In this document: piece after piece, positions 25,481 to 42,374 of the stretch
Numbering within the stretch: the first letter of the stretch is position 1
How the letters are laid out: every line of letters begins with the position of its first letter
DNA from: the human T2T-CHM13v2.0 reference genome, Homo sapiens
DNA: 64,000 nucleotides
Reading direction: 5' to 3' (one strand)
NCBI RefSeq assembly: GCF_009914755.1
Contig: NC_060927.1
Made by a program: the position numbers and the translations under genes
The notes under the pieces: model-generated
What the model saw: the letters and a program-made list of their open reading frames with translations, nothing else
Databases searched by the model: none
Told to the model about the DNA's origin: nothing

Positions 25481-25667
25481 TTCATTGATTGGGCATAAAG
25501 GAAGTTGGATTGTGGCAAAAAATTTAGTGATGTTTCCTTCTGTGCATCTTTTTTCCTTTTTGTTGGATTTACTTGAGATACAGAGTTTTGGGGAAATGTT
25601 TAGGCATAGTTACTTCTAACAAACACTTTTGTTGCTTAATGGGTATATGGAAAACAACACAGATAGA

Positions 25668-25824
25668 CAGGGTCAGAGGTTGCATAGTGTCCTACTCTCA
25701 GAAGAGCCCTAACCTTGCTTTAATGCTCTGCCATCACCATCTTGAAAGTCTTACTAATTTTTAAGCAATGGGCCTGGAACTTTTCATTTTGCACTGAATT
25801 CTATAGATTATGTGGCCAGTCCTA
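25668..25824 (+). mobile_element. MER45A-like hAT-Tip100 MITE
   Basis: 'ctcagaagagccc..ctttaatgctctg..catcttgaaa..ttttcattttgcactg..attatgtggccagtcct'. Shares terminal sequence with the 56.9-58.7 kb element. Confidence 0.7.
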
Positions 25825-26094
25825 CAAATAAATGCTGCATTGTTTAATGAAGAAGGTATGCAAGTCAAATACTTGTACTCAAATCTATTTTAAATGAGCA
25901 AGGAGAATTTGTTATTTAAAGGTAAATTCTATACAACAATAAATCAGTTTTATACAAGGAATAATCCCCCAATTTATTTATTTTGCCACTAAATTTCAGT
26001 ACCACCAGTTGACTCAAGACAAGAGATCACATGAAAAGTGAAATAATAAATAAGAATCCTGGAATAGTAGAATTTAAGAACTAAAAAAGGATCC

Positions 26095-26200
26095 TAGGGA
26101 TAATCTCATCCATCCTCTATTTTGCAGATGGAGAAAATGAAGTCTAAAGCAAGGGGGTGATTTGCAAAGAAATTGACCATGTAGATAGAAACTAGTGAAC
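26095..26200 (-). mobile_element. MIR remnant
   Basis: 'tattttgcagatggagaaaatgaagtct'. Confidence 0.6.
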
Positions 26201-29004
26201 CTTGATCTATATAGTCCAATATCTGAAGACACAGTGATACTTGAAAATTTCTGGCCAAGTTTCTGGAGCACTTTTTTTGCCATCCCAGAAAAAGCCACCT
26301 AGGCAGGACAAAACATTAAACTTTGCTTAATGCAGAATCATTTGCTGGAAAGAAAGCATACAGGGAAATTGATTATATTTTGTGTAAAATAATTACCTTA
26401 ATGTAGCCTCTGCCATATACAATGTTCACTTGTAAGCAGAAATGGCTGTCAGAATGGCTCTGCCTCAAACACAGTTTGTTAGCATCAACTTGATCCAACT
26501 CGGTATCTTCCAGATGCAGATACTGGCATCAGACAAAGACTCTGGCATGTATCTGAGGCCCTGAGCGTCCATCTCAATTCACCTCTGTTTGTCTTCACTG
26601 AATAGATTTAGGCGACTGGGTCATGGCTATGTTCTGCTTTAGAGCAACGGCATTTCTGCAGCCAGAAAAACAAAAGAATGAATTAAAGTGTTTAAGTAGC
26701 TAATATGGGTCAGAAGTTCTGCTGGGTGACACAGATGCAAGGACATACCTCTGTTTCCAAGGAGTCCACAGCATGGCTGGGGAGGCAGACACAGTTGCAA
26801 TTCAAGACGATGAGTATACAGCATAGATATGCAAAGGGTAGTGGGCTAGTGGGGCTACCTCGTGGAGCATGGCAGGAAAATGGAGAGCAAAGAAGGGCTT
26901 CATGCAAGAAATGAGTCTTAAAGGATATGTAGAAGTTAACCTGATGAAGGGCCCAGAAAGGAGATGACATGGCAAGTGGGGCAAAGAACTCCAGGGGAGA
27001 GTATGAATAAAGCCAGCAAAGGGTTTTCAACAAGAAGTTATTGGTGCTTCAGGATGATTACTGTGGACAATGGCTACAGGAAGGTGGAGGGAAGGATGAC
27101 AGGCAGTGGTCCAGGTAAACAAAGGTGGGAGTCTGAGCTACGATGCCTGTCACCCCTTCTCAGAGAAATAGTCTGGAAACAGTGAGGAGGTAAAATTATG
27201 AGGGCTTAGTCATCTCTAGGTGTGGAGGCTAAGAGAAAAGACCAAGAGGCTCTATTTTGTTGCCTGGGTGATGTCGATATAGTAGTTTGGCTGACACAAG
27301 CGTTGAAGGAGGATAAGATTTAAAGAGAAGATTGAGGAATTCTTGGAGATGCTGAGTTTCAAGTGCCTATCAACCATTTAGGTGGATAATTTTCACCATT
27401 TCAAGCAGAAGCATTGAAATTTTTCTTATTTGCCTGAATATATGTTTGTGATAGTCAAATGAGTTCAAAGCTCACATGTGAATATAATATGCAATATTAC
27501 ACATCTTCATTTCAAGTGAGCATGCATATCATTAGGTATTCATTTTTAAACCATGTCTAGATATAAGAGAGTAGGGAAGTTAGAACACAATTATATTGCT
27601 AGAAGGAGCCGTAATAATCATATTCTACATAAAGCAATTTGAGCTCCCTGAGGCTAAGTGACTCTCCCAAGGTTTCCAGCTATTAAATGGAAGAGTTGAG
27701 ACTCCAACCCAGTTCGCTATCCCCTCCCACTTTCTGCTTCATCAAGGTATTGAAGATGGCTGCAATTTACAGTCTAAAGTGTGCTATAGTGTGTTTACCA
27801 TGCTAACCTCCCATTTGAAAAGAGAGCTTTGAAAAACTTCCTGTCTCCATTTTTGCTTCTCACCTAATCACAGATTTATTTATTCCCTCAACTTCAGGTC
27901 TCAACTTTATCCCCTGCTTGTTTTAAAGTTTCTTTGAGAAGTGCCTTTGAGAAAGTCCTCATGAGCTGGCGTTGATTCCATGGTTTCCAGTGAAGTGGGA
28001 AGCTCACTGAGCACCATCACTCATTGTGGTCTGTTTGCCTTCATTTACTCTCAGAGTGGGCAGAGTCTTGAATAGCTAGAAGCACAGGGAAAGGCAAAGC
28101 AGCAAAACACTGGGTCAGGTTTTCCTCCCAATCATACTTTTCAGAGAGAGAGAAACATGATCAGAATCCAAGACAAGCAGGTGTTCAGCATCTACTAAGA
28201 GGGCTTTTGAAGCAACTTTAAGGAATAGTTTTTAAATAGTTCTGCCTGGGCCTTCAAATCACCTCCCATCCTAAATTTTAAGAAGCAAAATTATTATGTC
28301 ACTGCAAATGTGACGATTATTAGAGACAAGGCTTCAATTTACATCAAATGTATGTATTTCGAGGGTGCCTTATACCACCCATGTGTACAGCAGAGTTGTA
28401 CCCAAATTATAGAAATCAGCACAGAAAATTTCTTTCTAAAATTATTATAGATTTATAGTAGAATTATTGCATGATGGGACAAGTTTCTCTGTCCCTGGAC
28501 CATCATTGCCTTGCTCTATACTTTCTTCTGATGGGGGAGGGAATTTTAAGCATGTCGAATCTAAGTTATACTTTGAGAAGTCAATATTGGCAAGATGGAA
28601 TTAGTCTGTCTTATTGCTCCACTTTGAAGAATGTAAAACCATGGGCAATAGTATTTGGCATCATGGCGACTACGGAGATTGAAGTAGGTGCCCTGGGCTG
28701 GGAGCAGGGGAATAGGAAGAAGCGGGGAAATTCATGGAAGGTAGGTAGCTTCCAGACCCATGAGCACAGACTTTGGTACCAAAGGTGAACTGTTAAAATA
28801 TTTTGCCACCCTCTGCATTCTGAGTGTGTCCCAGATTTGTCTTAAGCAAGACTGGGTATTCTCTGGTGAAGAGCTGTGCTTTCGCACCCTCCCATGCCAT
28901 GCAGCAGGGTTCTATTTGCTCTTGTGACATGTCGGTAAGGCCCATGGATGTTGAGTCTTTGGTCAGGAATGCAAAATAAATAATAAGAATTACACACTAT
29001 TCTT

Positions 29005-29485
29005 CTTTTTTAATTCATGTCTTTTTTTTATTATTATTATACTTTTAAGTTTTAGGGTACATGTGCACAATGTGCAGGTTAGTTACATATGTATACATGT
29101 GCCATGCTGGTGTGCTGCACCCATTAACTCATCATTTAGCATTAGGTATATCTCCTAATGCTATCCCTCCCCGCTTCCCCCACCCCACAACAGTCCCCAG
29201 AATGTGATGTTCCCCTTCCTGTGTCCATGTGTTCTCATTGTTCAATTCCCACCTATGAGTGAGAACATGCAGTGTTTGGTTTTTTGTCCTTGCGATAGTT
29301 TATTAAGAATGATGATTTCCAATTTCATCCTTGTCCCTACAAAGGACATGAACTCATCACTTTTTATGGCTGCATAGTATTCCATATGTATATGTGCCAC
29401 ATTTTCTTAATCCAGTCTATCATTGTTGGACATTTGGGTTGGTTCCAAGCCTTTGCTATTGTGAATAGTGCTGCAATAAACATAC
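29005..29485 (-). mobile_element. Young 5'-truncated L1PA (L1PA2/3-like)
   Basis: 'gttagttacatatgtatacatgtgccatgctgg', 'gatttccaatttcatcc'. TSD acacactattctt at 28992-29004 and 29486-29498. Confidence 0.93.
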
Positions 29486-32295
29486 ACACACTATTCTTTT
29501 TTGACCATCTACTCTGTGCTGAACACCATCCTAGGTATGTAGCTTGACCAACATCTCAAAGCCAGGACAGTGGTACCTAGACAAGAACCCAGGACATAGG
29601 GTACTATTTCAGAGCTCTTTCCACTGTACTATATTGCCTAGTGTTTGTGGTCAAGTATGGGGCTGTGTGTGCACATAGGGATGGAAAACTGTTGAGATCC
29701 CAAAGAATGAATCTTAGATGGTGAAGTTCCAGCCATATGATAAGAGTGGGATTTCGTCTGTTTCTCTGCAAATAGTGCCAATAGAAATGCTACCCTGCCT
29801 AGGTTAAGGATGTGTTATAGAATGTGGTTGTTAGGAAGGCTTAAGACAATAAATGGTAAAGAATCTGGCACAGTGCCTGGCACACAGAGGTAATTAATTA
29901 ATAAATGAAAGTATGATTTCTAGAGGGCCTCACGCTGCGTATTTGAAGTACTCCTTCCTATTGTGGTGCCTCTGGAAAGCCATAAAACATAGTAATTATA
30001 GCTTATACTTATAGCATAGTACATAGAACTTATAGCTCATCTTCCTTGGGTAGCCTGGGGATGCCCTGGGTTTGGAGGCCTCTCCATGAAGGGATTTTTG
30101 GCTGGTTCTGCCAGGCCCAAAGAGTTCATCTTGTAGGTCCTGTCCAATGTTTCTCAGTCATAGGTTCTGTTTTTCACTAATGATACTTCCACCCAAGACC
30201 TGGAACAGAAAGCTTACTTCCAAATGCTACTTTTTAGATCCAGATTACAGATGGAGCAGAGTTTTTCTGACCCTGACATTGTGCAGAGATCTGTTCTGGC
30301 TGCTTGCCTGCCTATGTCACTCTGCTTCCTGCTTAGGCATCAAAACCTCAGCCCTTAACAGGCAACTAAGACTTATGCCTGGAGGGCTTCACAGCTCTAA
30401 CTCCCACCTGCTATACTATCTAAAGACTCCTTTGTTTCTGATTCCTGGGAATTTCCCTTTCTTGTTTGCATGTGTATTAAAGAAAAACTGCTAAGCTCTG
30501 AGCATTCAGCCCATTTATTGAATGACCCCAGGCCCACTGGAAATTCACTCAACCAGTTGTGGACTTCTTTGAAACCAGATTTCCTTTTATTACAGAAAAG
30601 GAAAGGAAGAATTTACATTCTGCCTCATGGGCCAACCGGAGACCTGAACTCAGAATCTTGCCTTCTGGGTGTATGTCCTTCTTTTTGCCATATCCAGGTT
30701 CTTTCCATTTCTGCTTGGAGAGACCTGCTGAAACCACACTTGAGGGAGGCAATGTGGCTCTCCCTGACCAGGTACAGAATAAATCCAGCTTTGTCTCAGA
30801 CCATGTTTGGTGGTCTGTTGTTACTGTCCAACACAAATCTATTTTTAATTTTAAAAAAATATGAACAAATATAGTTATATATATAACTATATAAAAAGCT
30901 ATAACTATATCTATCTATCTATACACACACACCAGCCTTTTTGTTTTTTTGGAGCAGTCTATTTGTTTATTTGGGGATGGGGGTGGCTTATACGTCTTTA
31001 AGTCTGTCACCTTGTCTAGAGGTCTGAATAACTTCAGCATTTGCAATGTGGCTCACATTGTAATAACTCCACAAAGGTCCTCAAGGTCAGGAGAGTGTGG
31101 ACAAACACAAATGAATAAGGAGGGAACACTAAAAGTGTTTTTCCTTGATGTAGAAAGGCTCTCAGTGCCCAGGCCAAGGGCACAGCTTTGCTCTTCAACC
31201 CAAAGTTGCAGAGGCAGAAGGGCCACTTTCTGTGTAGTCAGGAATCTGGGTTCCTACCATCAGCAGCCATATGGGTTTGGGAACATTCGTCAGCTAGAGA
31301 ACTCACTGAGATGGAAAAAGAAACTTTTCACAGGACAGCCCAAAATATTTTTTGAACTTATGGAAAACTGGTAGTGACTTTCTCCATGTGCCAACTGCTG
31401 ACATGCATTTTTGTTTAAAGATATACCAGGTAGAAAAATAGTGAAATGTTTCAAGGAATACCTCAGCTGATGAGTGTTGGCTGTTCTGGGGGCTCACAGA
31501 GAGCAGTGTAGGGATTGAGGTATAATTTTTGATGTAGAAGAAAAGATTTGGAACAGTACTGACACACAGTAGGCATGACATAAACTTAGCTATCATTATC
31601 ATGTACAGTAGAATGATAAAATCCCACAGGTTGGTTTAGCTGAGGCACTGATAGCAGTAGGTGTCAAGTACTCTCACATTCCAACGTGAGTCACTAAACC
31701 AGCTAGAACATCCATGTAGACCATCCATGTTGCAAAGGGAGTGGCTGGAGCCTGGTTCTGCCAGAGTCAGGGAGGTTGAAGATTAAGTGAGGGAGAACAA
31801 GTATTTCTTTAGAGAGAGTTGTCAGAGGTCCATGGAGTTTCCACTTTCCAGGGAATAGAAGTATTTCTCCATCACTGTGAACCAAATGAGAAGGATATGT
31901 CAAGCAAGCTACCCAGAGAGCTTACCCTGCATCTTCTCGAATTTAGGGATATGAGGACAGGTGCCTGATACACATCTGGAAAAATCTATAGGTGGGAGGC
32001 TGTAGCTAAAGAGACCAGAGCTGAAAAATAGAGGCATAGGGAGGGAGGTCACTTTTTGGGGGGAAGGTGGGAGGCAAAGATATGGAACCCATGGAAGGGA
32101 TCTTGCTGTCAGTTGTCTTGAAAAGGACACTTCCCAAGAGATCATCCTTTCTGGGGTGAGGTGACCTGGGCAGAGAGAAAGCTGGAGTACTGCTACATGC
32201 AGAAACTGAGGGTGGAACAGGAACCAGAAATGGCTGTCAGGGAGGGACAATATCACACCAGGGAATTACAGTTGAAGCCATCTCTCATCTACCCC

Positions 32296-32798
32296 CGTGT
32301 GTGTGTTGTGTGTTGTATGTGTGTGGTGTGTGTCGTATGTGCATGTGTGGTGTGTTTGTGTGGTGTGTGTGGGGTGTGGTGTGTGGTAGTAGTGGGTGTG
32401 TGGTGTGTGTGTGTGGTATGTGTGTGGTGTGGTGTGTGTGTGGTGTGTGCGTGTGGTGTGTAGTCTGTGTGGTGTGTGGTGTGTGTGGTGTGTGCATGTG
32501 TGGTGTGTGTATGGTGTGGGTGTGTGTGTGTGTGGTGTGTGGTGTGTGTGGTGTGGTGTGTGTGTAGTGTGTGGTGTGTGTGTGGTGTGTGTGTGGTGTG
32601 TGTATGGTGTGTGTGTGTGTGGTGTGTGTGATGTGTGGTGTGTAGTGTGTGTGTGGTGTGTGTGTAGTGTGTGGTGTGTGTGTGATGTGTGTGTAGTGTG
32701 TGGCATGTGTGTAGTGTGTGGTGTGTGTTTGTGTGCTGTGTGTGTGTGCTATGTGTGTGGTGTGTGTGTGTGGTGTGTGTAGTGTGTGTGTGTGCATG

Positions 32799-32829
<31 letters not shown>
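32296..32829. repeat. Long compound (TG)n/(GTGTG)n repeat, ~530 bp
   Basis: Direct reading. Confidence 0.98.
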
Positions 32830-32895
32830 TGGCAGTGTCTCTAAGGAATTTACAACTCAGAGGCAAAAGATTTAGCATTTATCATTTGGCTATCC

Positions 32896-32914
32896 CTCCT
32901 ACCAGGGGGCATCA
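32896..32914 (+). promoter_or_regulatory. CTCF-like motif (imperfect)
   Basis: cctACCAGGGGGCAtca resembles CCACCAGGGGGC but has T at a conserved C position. Confidence 0.25.
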
Positions 32915-33224
32915 GTACCAGACTCCAATTGTACCCATCAGGAAACGTCTTTTCTGCTCCTTTTCTAGCTTCATCTTACTCCCTGGGGACCCCTGGAGCA
33001 GCACTGTGGGTGGAGGTAGGAAGACTATAAGATATAGAGAAATAATGGTGAAGCCAATGCTATCCCCACTCTGTTCCACACGGCAGGATTTCAAGCCTGC
33101 TTTAGACCTAATGGAGGAGAAGTTTTAAATTAGATGAGAGTTTAAAGTCCACAAAATGGGATTCCAGGGGCAGTTATGAAAGAAATTAGTTTATAGTTAT
33201 TGCACTTTATCAAGTTCAATGGTC

Positions 33225-33632
33225 TTAAGTCAGTTCTAGCAGCAGAGCCTGAGATAGGTATTCAAGTGCACAGTATTGAGAGAGTGCTTAATGCTCTCAG
33301 GAGAAACTTGAAGGAGAGGGAGTGAACCAGGATAGGGCTGGGGAAGAGGCTAGGCAAAGATGTGGTCTCAGGTGAAGACTCATCTTGGTCTGATCCACGA
33401 GGGACTGTGAAGCATAAATAACACCACAAAGATGTCCCACTTTGTCAGTCTGTTGGGGTGAGGTGGGGATGGAGAGTAACCTCCCCAGTGAGTTAGCTCC
33501 CATCAGCCATGGGCAATCCTTCAGACAGGGGGCAAGCTTTGAACTATTAACAGTGAACACTCAAAGCAGCTGAGAGATGGGTGCTCCAGCCCAGTAAAAG
33601 GGACCTAGATGGGCACCAACAGTGACTATTAC
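33225..33632 (-). mobile_element. LTR16-type ERVL LTR
   Basis: 'agcagagcctgagata..', ends 'gatgggcaccaacagtgactattaca'. Confidence 0.6.
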
Positions 33633-33949
33633 AGCACTTTATTTCAAAGCCCATTCCATAGCCTTTTCTTTTCAAGAACTTTAGCAGTCCCCTTGAAATG
33701 TTTTTATGTGCAGTTGACACCTACAGTAGAGTCTTAGTCTTGGGAAATGCTCTGTCAAAATATGTGTTGAGGAAGAGAAAGTTCCCCTGCCCAAATTGTG
33801 CCACCGCATTGGGCCTGATGTGTAATAGCACACTTCTTTTTGGAATTTGGTGTGTTCATTACAATAATCGTAATGTAACATAGCACACACTTAAGATTTC
33901 CTCTTTCCTAGAATAAAAAACTATGTGAACTAAAATCTTATGCACCCCT

Positions 33950-34071
33950 AACACTGTGAGGTGCAATACAAGGGCACAAATGGAGGCTGCCTGCATACCC
34001 TATATCCAGTTACCTAAAAGGTAAAAACCATGCCAACAAACTGATAGATAAAATAAGTTGTATCCCACTAC

Positions 34072-34142
<71 letters not shown>

Positions 34143-34541
34143 TTCATAACAACCTGGTCAAGTTTGAGTTCATAATTTTCAGATTCCTTAAAATTTCATA
34201 TTAAAATAATATGGCAGAGGAGAGAGGGCCCCAGCCTGTGGCTCACTGACACTGTACTTCCTATCCCTGCTTCCATTTTGTCCTGTGAGCACAAGCATAT
34301 TAGACTGCTTGGAATGCCATGACAAAATGCCATAAACAGGGTGGCTTAAAAAGAGAACTTTATTGTCTCACATATAAATGACTATTGTCACTGTAAGCCA
34401 CTAAGTTTTATGGTGATTTTTTAATGCAGAATTAGATAACTAATAAAGGAGAGAAGTACAACAGAAGGGCCATCCCAGAACCCTCTAAAATGTGGGGCCT
34501 AGGACAGGGGCTACTTTTGCTTGGAGCTAAAGGCAGTGCTG
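33950..34541 (-). mobile_element. MER115/Zaphod-like hAT-Tip100 relic interrupted by (TA)n and MLT1 pieces
   Basis: End 'gggcctaggacaggggctacttttgcttggagctaaaggcagtgctg'; internal 'caacaaactg..aaaataagttgtatcc..ccttcataacaacctgg'. Confidence 0.5.
34076..34139. repeat. (TA)~32 microsatellite
   Basis: Direct reading. Confidence 0.98.
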
Positions 34542-34619
34542 ACTATAGGATATCAATTTTGTTTCTTTAGGGACCTGGGGATTTCCTAGGGAAGGGTGGG
34601 TTTATTTACACAAAAGAAA

Positions 34620-37505
<2,886 letters not shown>

Positions 37506-38284
37506 AACTTAAAGCACTCATTAGGGTGTTTGAGATCAGGAGACTTTTCTTACCAAAACTATAACAAAAGAGCCTTTTATCTAGAGTACACAAATAAACT
37601 AAAATGTAATGAGACATTTATTTGCTTGTTTGTATAAATACACCAAAATATACGCATTGGAATAGTCAAAGCGGAAGGCAATTTACTTAAGCCAGTGATG
37701 CTGTCGGTTGGTTTTCAAAAATGCCTGTGAAACTTCTCTTTCGGAATCACCCATGAAGCTGGATTATGAGCTCCCATGAAACCAGACTCATCACTCAAAC
37801 TAAGACTTGGTTTGTGACCCCAGACAGCGTTTCCCAGCATGATCACCCAACCTACTCAGCAGACTGCTCCAAATGGCTTAGAACTGTTTTCAAAACTCAC
37901 ATCCTCCCTGTGAGGATACATGCTGTCAGAATTATCTTTCTAAAACACATCTCAGATCATGTGCTTCACTAGCTCTCAGTTGCATAGATAATTAAGCCTC
38001 AACTTCTCAGCCTGATTTTCAAAACTTTATTATACAACCCCCACTCAGCCTTCCAGTTCTGTCATCGACCAGCAGTCTCCTATGAACACACGATGCCCTC
38101 TCTAGTTACCAATGAAAGGTACCATTTACTGAGCTTTTATTATGTGCCCCACACTGCACTAAAAGCTTTAAACAATATCTCATTTTATCCTTATAGGATT
38201 TTGTAGGATAAATATTATCTCTATAGTACAAATAATAAAACAATGATTGCTAGCTGTTTTTATAGTGCTTACAATGTGCTAAGG

Positions 38285-38840
38285 TATTGTTCTATAGAAA
38301 TATGTGTGCCACATATGTAATTTTACGTTTTTCATAGCCACATCAAAAAGTAAAAAGAAACAAGTGAAGCTGATTTTAATAAAATATTTTGTCAAGGAGC
38401 ATGTAATTAACATAAAAAATCATTAATGAGATATTTCACATTTTCTTCCCTTTTTTTTGGCACTAAGTCATTAAAATTGGTGTGTATTTTACACCTATAA
38501 CATATCTCAATTTGGATGCTAAACTTTCACTGGAAATATTTGAATTCCAATGAAATCAACACAATAAATACTGTGTTTATATTTTTAAAAATGCACGGTA
38601 AAAAAAAAAGTAGATTACACACCCAAGTTGTTACAAACATATTGGGAAGAATCAAGTAACAAAAAGTCATTTCCTTTTCTATTCTCATCCAAATTGTTAA
38701 AAATTCCTTGGATTTAACATTTTAGATTTCACTTTCAATCAATTAAAAGAGTTAAAATTTTAGTTTCTAATGTTGCACTAGCCACATTTCAAGCCTCAGT
38801 AGCCACATGTGGCTGTGGCTGCCATGCTGGACAGCACAGC
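38285..38840. mobile_element. MER33/Charlie5-like hAT relic
   Basis: 'tagccacatcaaaaagtaaaaagaaacaagtgaa', 'gcactagccacatttcaag..agtagccacatgtggct..ggacagcacag'. Confidence 0.8.
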
Positions 38841-38889
38841 TCTAAGCACTTTACTACTATGAGGTAGGTGCTGTTATTATCTTCACTTT

Positions 38890-39200
38890 ATTCTCAGCAA
38901 ACTAACAAAAGAACAGAAAACAAAGCACCACATGTTCTCACCGCATTGTTCAAGTGGGAGTTGAACAATGAGAACATATGGACACAGGAATGGGAACATC
39001 ACACATCGGGGCTTGTCGGCAGGGGTGGGGGGCTAGGCGAGGGACACCGTTAGGCGAAATACCTAATGTAGATGATGGGTTGATGGGTGCAGCAAACCAC
39101 CATGGCACATATACATCTATGTAACAAACCTACACGTTCTGCACATGTATCCCAGAACTTAAAGTATAATTTAAAAAAAAGGAAAGAAAAGAAAAGAAAA
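38890..39200 (+). mobile_element. L1PA (PA8-10-like) 3' end
   Basis: 'gatgggtgcagcaaaccaccatggcac..cccagaacttaaagtataat'. Confidence 0.9.
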
Positions 39201-39831
39201 AATAAAATGGAGGCACAGAAAGTCGTAACTTGCATTAGTGCACTCAGCTGACGGACTGAATGGTTTCATTTGTCAGAATGCTTTCATTTGCTCAGAATGG
39301 TTAATTTGTCCAAGGTGACTTTGCTAATAAGGGTTAGAGCCAGGAGTTGAACTCAGGATTAAGTTCGTAGCCTAAGTTTTTGCCATGGTGCTCATTGCTC
39401 TACACATTTAATTGCTCGCTATTATCCTAAAATCCTTAATTGATGCTGGTCTTTTTTGTCAGACTGTTACCTCTGTCTGTATTGCCTTGCAAGTTCCATT
39501 TTAAGTATCATTCATTCACCCATTTATTCACTCAGTAAGTTAATTGCTTTTTCCAGCAAATACTGTTAGCCATTTTTCAAATATCCGCCACGTAGACAAT
39601 AGCCGTGAACAAAACAAGGCAGACCCGGCCTCTGCCCACACAGAACTTTTAGTTTAACAGCACTTCTCAAACTTAAATCTCCAGACCCTATAACACTCTA
39701 AACATTGTTGAGGACCCCCAAGAGCTTCTGGCTATGTAGGTTATAGCTATTAATATTTATTGTAATAGAAATTAAAACTAGGACATTTTAAAAACATTTA
39801 TTTATCCATTCATTTAAAGATAACATAATAT

Positions 39832-40300
<469 letters not shown>

Positions 40301-40412
40301 TCATCTCTGCTTCTGTCTTTAATCTGTTGCAATATGTTGATTTGGTTGAAATGTATAAGGAAAATCTGGCCTCAACCAGATATGTAATTGGAAGAGAGAG
40401 CAGTGGTCTTAA

Positions 40413-40553
40413 CCCATTTATGCTGGAGGTTGCAAATTTTTGAATTGCAGACATGTATGAAAAATCAGACCTTGGTGATGACCCTGAGCAGTAGGATATA
40501 AATAACTGCCACATGCTTAGCGTTCCAATAATGGAACACTAGGCATAAATGGG
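40413..40553 (-). mobile_element. MER85 piggyBac MITE (PGBD3-related), complete
   Basis: TTAA TSDs at 40409-40412 and 40554-40557, CCCATTTATGC TIRs, 141 bp. Internal palindrome GTTCCAATAATGGAAC at 40522-40537. Confidence 0.93.
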
Positions 40554-40685
40554 TTAATAGGCTCTTAACTGTGAAAATTGTTTTTTTGCTGCTATTCTGA
40601 AACTCAACAAGTGATTGTTTATTAAAGTTTAGCTACAATGTGGAATCTGAAACCATATCAATTTCATATATTAAAGTTACATTAA

Positions 40686-41344
<659 letters not shown>

Positions 41345-42374
41345 TCAAATCAGAAAAATCTTCAAGTATCAGGAGGCTGTCAAGCTTGTACAGGCAGGTA
41401 CAATTTTTCCGAAATTCCGATTTTTATTTGAATGCTCAAATTTTACCATTGGCAACATATACTGTGAGTTGTTTTTCTTGAAGTAACAGGCTCATTTTGT
41501 TCATTTTTGAGAAAATATCTGCCAAATAGTCAAGTCTGAACAATCGTAGTTTGTCTGATGTTCTTTCAAGTAAAAATGGTGCTCCTTGAGGGAAGCATCT
41601 AGCTCAGCTCACAAGCCAAACAGTCATCAAGAGCTTTTCCCTGAGAGGACCATTGGGTTTCAATGAGCAGCAAAAATGCTTAATGCATACATTCCCATTC
41701 TGTCAAGCAGAATATTAAACAGATACATATTCAAGGGCAGTAATTTAACAAAATTAATCATTTTTAGTGCTTAATCAAGGGCATTCTTAAGTAAAACTAG
41801 CATTTTTTCTCATAGTGAATAAGAATACAATGACTAATGGTAAGTTTATTGCCACTGTCTGTTTTTGCTAATGCACCAGCAGTATTTTTACCCACCATTG
41901 CTTTGTACCATCAGTGAAAATATCAATCCAGTGAACAAGGTAAATAACATTTTAATATTATCATGAAACTAGTTTTGACCTCATGAATCCCTTGAAATGA
42001 TCTCAGGATCCCAGGAATCTAAGTACCACACTTTCAAGACCAGTGGTCTAGAAGGAAAAATAATTGGACAAGTACATGGGTAAGCTTGTTCACTCCAAGG
42101 GGTCAAGGAAGTCCTCATGGATAAAGTGATATTTAAGGTTAGACCAGAAATATATGTATCAGTGACCCAAGTGAACAAAGGGCAGGGTAGGGAAGGGGAG
42201 TGTCAGGCAGACATAGAGGTGTGTCTGTAAAAGCTGGAAAAGAGAGGCAGGCTGCAGGAGCTATAAGAGGCTCATTTGTCTGGGACTTGAAATGTCAGAA
42301 GGAGAGCAGTTAATGATGAGGCCAGAGAGATGGCAGGGCCAGCCAGCAAACAGCCTTGCAAATACATTGAGGGC

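Noticed and set aside
30869-30892. 24 bp perfect palindrome atatagttatatatataactatat
   Set aside because: Mostly (TA)n; expected in low-complexity sequence.
30147-31374. Cluster of 95-141 aa ORFs in apparently unique DNA
   Set aside because: No family similarity or convincing exon structure; overlapping frames are consistent with chance.
32161-33128. His/Thr-rich and Cys/Val-rich ORFs up to 197 aa
   Set aside because: Translations of the (TG)n compound repeat.
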